A stretch of 63,402 nucleotides of DNA, the filler included, from Calcarisporiella thermophila CBS 279.70 (taxonomy: Eukaryota; Fungi; Calcarisporiellomycota): NCBI RefSeq assembly GCF_041956535.1. It is 12 parts of 11 records of this genome, joined end to end, with 100 filler letters (N's around TTAATTAATTAA, not from the genome) between each part and the next. Parts side by side here need not be neighbours in the genome. Positions count along the whole stretch, not along the records: positions 56,523 to 58,336 come from NW_027192231.1; positions 58,437 to 60,891 come from NW_027192208.1; positions 60,992 to 63,402 come from NW_027192234.1; 9 more parts are not named here. One strand, 5' to 3'. This document shows positions 56,690 through 63,402 of this stretch, one piece after another. The notes beneath the pieces were generated by a model, which ran no database searches, was not told the DNA's origin, and worked only from the letters and a program-made list of their open reading frames with translations. The translations under genes and the position numbers were made by a program. The first letter of the stretch is position 1, and each line of letters starts with the position of its first letter.

Positions 56690-57439
56690 AAAATGAAATA
56701 TTTTATTAGTCGTGAAATAATTTTTTGAAATCAATTTAGCATATCCTCCTTTTGAGATTTGGATTCGTTCAGGCATCGTGCAATTCAGCACCACATAATC
56801 CACCAGCGTGGGTGACTCTCGAACAATATTCATCTTTTCTCACAAATCACCCTAACTCGTTATCTTAGCGAATCTGCTCCTCAGACGACTCTTTAGTTTA
56901 ATCCATAAATATTCTAAGGGGTTGAGATCTGGTGATTGTGCAGGCCAATCGAGAACTTGAATTTTGTAGTTTTCGAATCACCGATCAATGAGTTTGGCTT
57001 TGTGCTTAGGTATAAATGTTCTATGATATGACATGCTCTTCCAATTCTATATGAAATTATGCAACCTCATATCATTATACCTCCACCACCGTTGATCGTT
57101 GGCTGTAAATGACGCTCTTGCAGTGGTTCATTACGCCTCTTCCAGAACCACCTTCGCCTTTTAGTATCAAAAATATATATACCTGACATTCATCGAAAAA
57201 ATTACGCGGTTCCAATCTTCAATGGCCCAATTACTGTATTTGCAAATGTCGGTCTGCTTAGGCGATATCTTTTCAACAGAAAAGGTTTTTGCTCTTGGCT
57301 CTGTCTACAACCATTACAATGGAGAGCTTTACAAACAGTGTTCACGGAAATAACCTCTTTAGTCGTCTCATTCCAAAGTTCTTGCCCTATGACTGCATTC
57401 TAACACCCTCCCGTCGTCACGCTATTCATAGTAGATCAG

Positions 57440-57660
57440 GATGGATGTTGAACTTTGGCCATTCTACATGTATGTGGTCCAGGTATCTTACAGTAATTGT
57501 GCAATAAGGTAGATCCTCTCTCCAGGATAGTATCACTTTATTTCCACTTTTGTCTATCTGGCGGGAGTAAAATATTTTCTAAGGGCTCCGGAGTGTCATG
57601 ACTCGGTTCGAGTTTGGCGTAGCAATGATCTTGCAACCACCCCACGTTGCCAAAATAATT
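57440..57660 (-). mobile_element. Degenerate LINE ORF1 fragment (zinc knuckle region)
   Basis: Homologous to 11310-11500. Confidence 0.7.
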
Positions 57661-57797
57661 CCAATAAATATTGAACTTCAATGAATATATTATTATATAT
57701 TCAATTTATACTTGTTTTTTTTTTTTACTATCTGCTTAGGAAAAAATTGTTATGTAATATATCAATCAAAAGAATTAAAAATGTTACAAGATTATAT

Positions 57798-57879
57798 CGA
57801 CAGCTGCAGGACTCGAACCTGCGCGGGCAGAGCCCATGTGATTTCTAGTCACACTCCTTAACCACTCGGACAAGCTGTC
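57798..57879 (-). tRNA. trnS-AGA: tRNA-Ser(AGA), identical inverted copy
   Basis: Exact reverse complement of 56608-56689. Confidence 0.95.
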
Positions 57880-57963
57880 TTCTGCTAGGTTAGGTTTGCC
57901 TAGAGAAAATTAATACAATTTGGATCGATGGCGCAGCGTATCAGAGACTTGGACTTAGGTCCC

Positions 57964-58301
57964 GGGGGAGGGTTAGTGTAGTGGACTATCCCTGGGATGC
58001 CGATGAGAACGGCGTGGGTTCGAATCCCACTTCCCCCACCAGCACTTACCCTTAGTTTGTGACTGCTATCCACTTGATCAGAAGCTGAGTCTTGATTATT
58101 GAAAAGATCGCCCTTACGATAAGTACAAAAGATTACATCAGTTTCACGTACAGGCTATTCACGACAACTACGATACACGCATATCGATTGAAAGTCTATC
58201 GATCCAGGACCTATATCTCGTTATGTTAAGTCCATTGACATTAACTTCAGTAATATATGGAAATTAAATAAAAGTTTCCATTGATTGATCAAAAAAAAAA
58301 A
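57964..58301 (+). mobile_element. tRNA-derived SINE family A, full length, 13-bp TSD
   Basis: GGACTTAGGTCCC at 57951-57963 and 58302-58314; A box TAGTGTAGTGG, B box GGTTCGAATCC, A11 tail. Confidence 0.93.
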
Positions 58302-58436
58302 GGACTTAGGTCCCTCCCTCTCACATTTATTCCTGTNNNNNNNNNNNNNNNNNNNNNNNNNNNNNNNNNNNNNNNNNNNNTTAATTAATTAANNNNNNNN
58401 NNNNNNNNNNNNNNNNNNNNNNNNNNNNNNNNNNNN

Positions 58437-58521
58437 CTTCATCAACGACCATCTCGGATCTACTTGATTTCTTTTCCTTGTGCTTTGTAATGATGTTCTT
58501 GATTTGCGAAATTAGGGTCAT
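58437..58521 (-). CDS. N-terminus of an unknown gene (MTLISQIKNIITKHKEKKSSRSEMVVDE), truncated
   Basis: Paralogous to 60807-60891 at the protein level. Confidence 0.55.
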
Positions 58522-58628
58522 GAGTAAGAGAATGAGCCAAGGCGCGAAGTTTGTGTACGAGAAGGAGTTTCAATTTTAGGCTTTGGAGAAAATAGGCGGT
58601 GATGGAGGATGGCATTATGCCCTAGACA

Positions 58629-60425
58629 ATGGAGTCAAAGACCCAAGGGCCAATCATAGGCCTTGCTCGACTCCTTTCCCTGCCGCCGCAATTCGGACTA
58701 GGGGCCGCAGCGAAAGTGGCCAATCCGAACACCGTCTTGGCCGCTGGCCATCCTCAGCCGCAGCAGACTCAAAAGGGAGAAGGATCGCTGAGGCTCGAAT
58801 TAGAGAAATTCCCGATCGATTTGATCAGCCTCTCAGCATCCCAACCGGTCGCTCGAGAACTCGCCGTATGTAGCTGCGCGCATGATCACGGACCGGGTGT
58901 GGCTAGGTCTGATGATTTCCCAATTGCCACCGTTTCGATTTCTCTCTCTTGTCCCAGCTTCTTTCTTGCTTCTCTCCTCCTCAAATACACATCATTTTCG
59001 CCTTCGCACTTTTTGCAAGTGTGGCATCAACCAATGGGGGCGCACATAAGGGTGATGGAGGAGCAGGGTAATGCAGTTGAGCAAGGCGGCGGTCAGAAGA
59101 ATTGGAATGGTGAGTTGCCCCATTTAAGAAATGCCCACAACAATTAGCCTAACCCCTTCTCTAATCATGTAGATCCGCCACAGAGCTCTGAGCTCCCGCA
59201 AGTCCGGCTCAACGACGCTCTTGCTCTCCAATCACAATATAACTCACTTGTGCGCAAAATGAATCCCTATGTCATATCCCATTCCGAACAGGTCCATGTC
59301 TCACAGCTCTCAAGCTCCTCCCTCCATACCACCAGCGAGACCAAAGGTAAGGCGTCCTACCGCGAACGCAAGTGGTTTTACCGCACCAATTCCGGTGAGC
59401 TCCGGACGATTCTCGCCCTGGAGGGCGAGCGGTCGCAGCTGCACGAGGAGCTGGAGCAGACGCGCAAAGAGCTGATCAGCCAGAAGTCGACGCATGCCAA
59501 GCAAGTAGAGAAGCTCGAGTCGCAGCTAGAGTGGCTGCAGTCGTGTGTGGATGCAGCCTCCACCCGAATCGAGGATCTGGAAAAGATCAACGCCCGTTTA
59601 CGCGAACATCAGAGAGAGGCCAACGCATCACGCTCGTCTCCAGGGCCGGCCAGAGACGAAGAGCGAGTGGGCGAGTTGACGGAGCGCTGCACTCGTTTGG
59701 AGGCGGCCAAGCTTGCTCTGGAGAAGCGTCTTCAAAACGCTACAAAAGACTTGCGTGCGCTGCACGAAGAATACGACTCAATCCAATTTGCGAGGCAGGA
59801 TTATAATCGCTTGCAGGAGTGCTACAAGAAGCTGACGGAGCATGTGTGGGAGCTCGAACGACAGGTGGAGGAGCAGCGGGTCCAAATCGAGATGCGCTCT
59901 CCTCCTTCGCCGGCAGACACCGACTCGACGGATGAGGACGAGTATGAAGAGTGCCGCATTGACGTCCCCGGGGATAGGGAGGAGGGCATGCGAAGACGGG
60001 CGCGGAGAGACGGGCCGAGACGAGCCCTTCTTACCGAGCTGGAGCAGGAGTGGATCAAAGAGATACAGGCCACCCGAAGAATCAATAGCTCGGCCTCGAT
60101 GGAAGGCCCTGCCTCCTCGGAGAGCTCCCCACTTCCCCAGCAAGGAAAGCTAATCGACCGTGCCCCCAGGAGCAACTGGCGCACCCTCACGGAGATAGGC
60201 AATTCGGTGTTCGATGCCGTGATAGATGGCACCGTCGGCTTGGTATGCTTCGTCACCCGCCAAACCCAATATGCTGACTCCTTGCGAGCCGCAGTGCGAC
60301 GAGGGGTGGCTGGGTTGCTTCTGCGGCTGGTGAGAAAGGTGTTTACATTTGTATTTCGGTGGTGCGCGTTCGTCGGGCTGCTGGTTTGCGCTTTTGCTAA
60401 GGAGCTGTGGCGAGGGCCGACCTAA
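58629..60425 (+). CDS. Coiled-coil protein with hydrophobic C-terminus, unknown function; 5' exons uncertain
   Basis: 391-aa ORF with heptad-rich segments, GC-rich, upstream GT-AG introns. Confidence 0.7.
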
Positions 60426-60806
60426 TCTCATTCCTAAATTTGTGTATAGTTTGTTTAAAAAAGAATATGTATATATGGTATGCATTTTCGGTCATACAGA
60501 CTCTATCTATCACTTAAGCTCAGCACATATGCAACATATCACGGCAGTTATCTAGCCTCTATAGTCCCCAGTTTGTTATCCGTTTCATTACCGTCTGTTC
60601 TTATTCCTCTTTTAATGATAAGCAACCCTACCATTGAAGTATGCAATGATCGGCTCTCAAAGATGAGGGGGATTCGGTTTTTACCCGCCCAACTCTAAAA
60701 GTTCAACCTCCGCTTGGTTGAGCAATGCGAGATATCCCAGTCCCTCTGCCAACTCAGCTAAAGCGCCGCCCACTTTCCCTCTCCATCCCATTCCCTTTTT
60801 ATTTAT

Positions 60807-60891
60807 ATGACCATCCTTGCTCAAATAAAAAATCTTCTCATCAAAAGCACAGGAAAGAGGAAAAAAAGAGTTGAGATGGTCGTTGACGAGG
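60807..60891 (+). CDS. N-terminus of an unknown gene (MTILAQIKNLLIKSTGKRKKRVEMVVDE), truncated
   Basis: Paralogous to 58437-58521. Confidence 0.55.
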
Positions 60892-60991
60892 NNNNNNNNN
60901 NNNNNNNNNNNNNNNNNNNNNNNNNNNNNNNNNNNTTAATTAATTAANNNNNNNNNNNNNNNNNNNNNNNNNNNNNNNNNNNNNNNNNNNN

Positions 60992-61008
60992 ATCAATCAA
61001 CGGAGACT
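60992..61008 (-). mobile_element. Extreme 3' tip of LINE-C, 87 bp upstream of tRNA-Asp
   Basis: ATCAATCAACGGAGACT is an exact match to the LINE-C terminus. Confidence 0.6.
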
Positions 61009-61095
61009 CAGAAAAGAAAATTTTTTTGGCTCATGGCGTAGTTATCTGGCTATATGAAATACTGATATTTTAGTTTAAATTCTATCCGATAGATT

Positions 61096-61167
61096 TCTTC
61101 GGTAGTATAGTGGTTAGTATTCCCGCCTGTCACGCGGGCGACCCGGGTTCAATTCCCGGCCGGAGAG
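61096..61167 (+). tRNA. trnD-GTC: tRNA-Asp(GTC)
   Basis: TCTTCGG/CCGGAGA acceptor, CCCGC-CTGTCAC-GCGGG anticodon arm, T-run terminator. Confidence 0.95.
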
Positions 61168-61369
61168 ATTTTTTCATTTTTCATTTTTATAGCATCATCA
61201 GATCTATTATTTTATTATTTTTTTAAAGTAAAGCAAAATTGTAAATATCAACATTTTTAGGGAAAAAAAGGAAGGATTATTTTTGTTAAATGGCATGATA
61301 ATAAAAAGAATAATAAAATATAATAAAGGAGGAAGACAAAAAAAAGAATTAGACTCAAAAGGAGGACAA

Positions 61370-62527
61370 CACGGCATTTCCTTCTAGACCCTTTAGAATG
61401 TCATTGATATGGCAAAGCGTATACGTGCCTTTCTTTGTCACCTTATAATGTTTCCGAAACGTAACACAAGATCGAATCTTTCCGTTCTTCTTTTCCGTCA
61501 GAGCAATATGGAAATCCGAAGGGATATAGCTCAATGATCCCTTGCCAACCTTCCTTCGATCTCCTGTTTGATATTCTTCTGATCCTGTCCTAACCCCGTG
61601 GGGCTAAGGCGTACATTTAATGGGTTTCGCGTCTTCATGCTCAGCCTGCTGCTCTATAGTTGCGTTTCATCGCACTTCTTAGAGCATATCCTTATATTCT
61701 ACCAATTAAGCATTCAACATCACTTGTCCCGCGATTGTTAACAACGTGGGATCCTCTTCCTACTCCTCCTATTTCTCGTCCGGGATATTTATTAATACAC
61801 CCCAACTGTGACATCTCTCTCCCGAATGGCCTCCGCAACGCTTGTTCATTGCAGTCGATGTCGGGATGTCTACGGTTAGAATTGAGCCAATTGTTGCCAA
61901 AAAGGATACAATCGTTCTCAGTCCAAAAAAAAATTAACATAATAGAACCAAGGATACCTTTCGCCATGATCGGTACAGTCGTTACCAATCTCAACATCTG
62001 AATTTTTACCTTCATCCGCACTAGCTAAAGTTCCAGGCCGGTTGATCAATCTGTGGGTTTAAGTTGTGTAAAAAACCCTTAGCAACTTGCTCTTGAGTCA
62101 AAGATAGATTCGATTGGTTGGTCGTTGATGGTGTCCCCACTTTGGTTTCTGTGAAATCGCCCATATCAAATTTGTCCTCATCCAAACCTACATCCAGATT
62201 GATCACATTCATCCCAAAGTAACTCTATGCAATAATTCCGTAAGATCTCACCATAAGAGATTTATCTTAATTATTCAGGGAATTGGTGTTGAACATTAAA
62301 ATAAACCGAAGGGTTTAAATAGAATTGCGATCAAAGGAGAATAATTCTCACTGGTGTTCAAAGATGCGATAGATAAGACAACAAAGTATCAATCAACATC
62401 AATAAGATAGCCATGAGGGAGTATAAGAGTAACCACGAGGCCGGCGAGTAACCACGAGGGGTCGGCAACGTAGCGGTAATCAATTCTATTGGCTACTCTA
62501 CTTGAAAGATATCGCGCTTTCTGAATG
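61370..62527 (-). mobile_element. Degraded Ty3/gypsy internal region plus LTR1 (about 62250-62527; LTR continues after 63382)
   Basis: RT-like remnant PFGFP..RKDRSCVTFRKHYKVTKKGTYTLCHINDIL near 61390-61530. LTR homologous to 6450-6710. Confidence 0.7.
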
Positions 62528-63381
62528 TTTTTTTTTTTGATCAATCAACGGAGACTTTTATTAGTTTCCGTAGCTTACAAGAGTTTAATGATTACAATGA
62601 AATAAGAAAGGGGGGAATAAAGGGTAAATTAGATGTATATAGTGATCGGGTATTTGGTGAAAGATATGAAGTAAGGAGGAGGGGAGGAGGGAAAGAGCGG
62701 ATTGGGAGAGAGGAAGGGTTGCTTCGTCACTCCAGTTTTTAGCCTTGCTCTATCCGAACTTTCTATTACCGCTCCCTGACTGCACCACCTTTTTCGGAAT
62801 AACTCTATCATTCGTCTTTTACGTGCCTTTATCAGTTCAGCTCCGATAGCCTCCTCGATGTCCATTTTGGCACGGAAGATGATTGTCTCGGGTGATGCTC
62901 GAATGGATTCGAAATGGTACGCGATTCGGTCCCGATGGATTTGCCATAGCACTGAATCGAAGACGATTTGAGCCGCGTGTCTTACTGTCCTCGGGGCTTC
63001 TGGTAGGTCGCCAAGTACGAGATTCCTGGGGTTCAGCACCTGAGTGTTTAGGGGGCCTGAGATGGTGTTGATACACCTTTCCGTCCAATGCCACACTGGA
63101 GTGAGTTCGGGACATTCGAAGAAGGTGTGCCGGATTGTGTCCCTCGGAGCCTTACAGCGGGTACATTTCGGGTCATGGCCAGGAAATGTCGAGTTTGTAA
63201 TTACACGCTCTACGAGGATTCGCCAGCGTAGTGTGCGGTGTTTTGGGAGTGTTGGCCGTTTTTGGATGGAGGTCCAGACCTTTTCCCATTCCTTTGCCGT
63301 GGATGCAACCTCTGGCCAGGATTGGGGCGTCAGCGTTTCTGGTTCCGGAGAGCCATTTCGCTGGAAGTGCCTTCCCCGTCG
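62528..63381 (-). mobile_element. LINE family C, 5'-truncated, 17-bp TSD
   Basis: ATCGCGCTTTCTGAATG at 62511-62527 and 63382-63398; zf-RVT CTRC..DTIRHTFFECP; polyA. Confidence 0.93.
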
Positions 63382-63402
63382 ATCGCGCTTTCTGAATGTC
63401 TA

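Noticed and set aside
57964-58040. SINE heads (also 6961, 22075-22151, 22955-23036, 56040-56116) as tRNA genes, including Sec or suppressor tRNAs
   Set aside because: They lack canonical cloverleaf geometry and a terminator, and continue into a shared body, polyA and TSD.
58437-60891. Contaminant origin of the GC-rich contig
   Set aside because: It has fungal-style introns and no bacterial features. Composition alone is insufficient; coverage data are needed.

Overview
This window is not contiguous. It is 12 short contigs of an intron-rich fungal genome (18S/5.8S rDNA and gene content suggest an early-diverging lineage), joined by artificial N-TTAATTAATTAA-N spacers. Ordinary content: MET3-like ATP sulfurylase, a GNAT, an AMPK/SNF1 beta subunit, a secreted HExxH metalloprotease, USP7/UBP15, malonyl-CoA decarboxylase, a CorA-like transporter, part of an rDNA unit, an intact Ty3/gypsy gag-pol and 9 tRNA genes. 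The main signal is a layered, tRNA-anchored retroelement system. TG..CA LTR ends sit 9-16 bp upstream of tRNA genes. L1/Tx1-like LINEs, an ORF1-only derivative and three tRNA-derived SINE families insert about 70-87 bp upstream of tRNA genes, with their 5' ends facing the tRNA and regardless of target sequence. Repeated hits at one position build polarised stacks separated by re-duplicated target sites, which appear to record insertion order. This resembles Dictyostelium TRE5/DGLT-A, and I do not know of it being described in fungi. Also notable: three convergent pairs of same-isoacceptor tRNA genes, one of which brackets a MET3 copy with an altered GRD loop, and other inverted paralog pairs.
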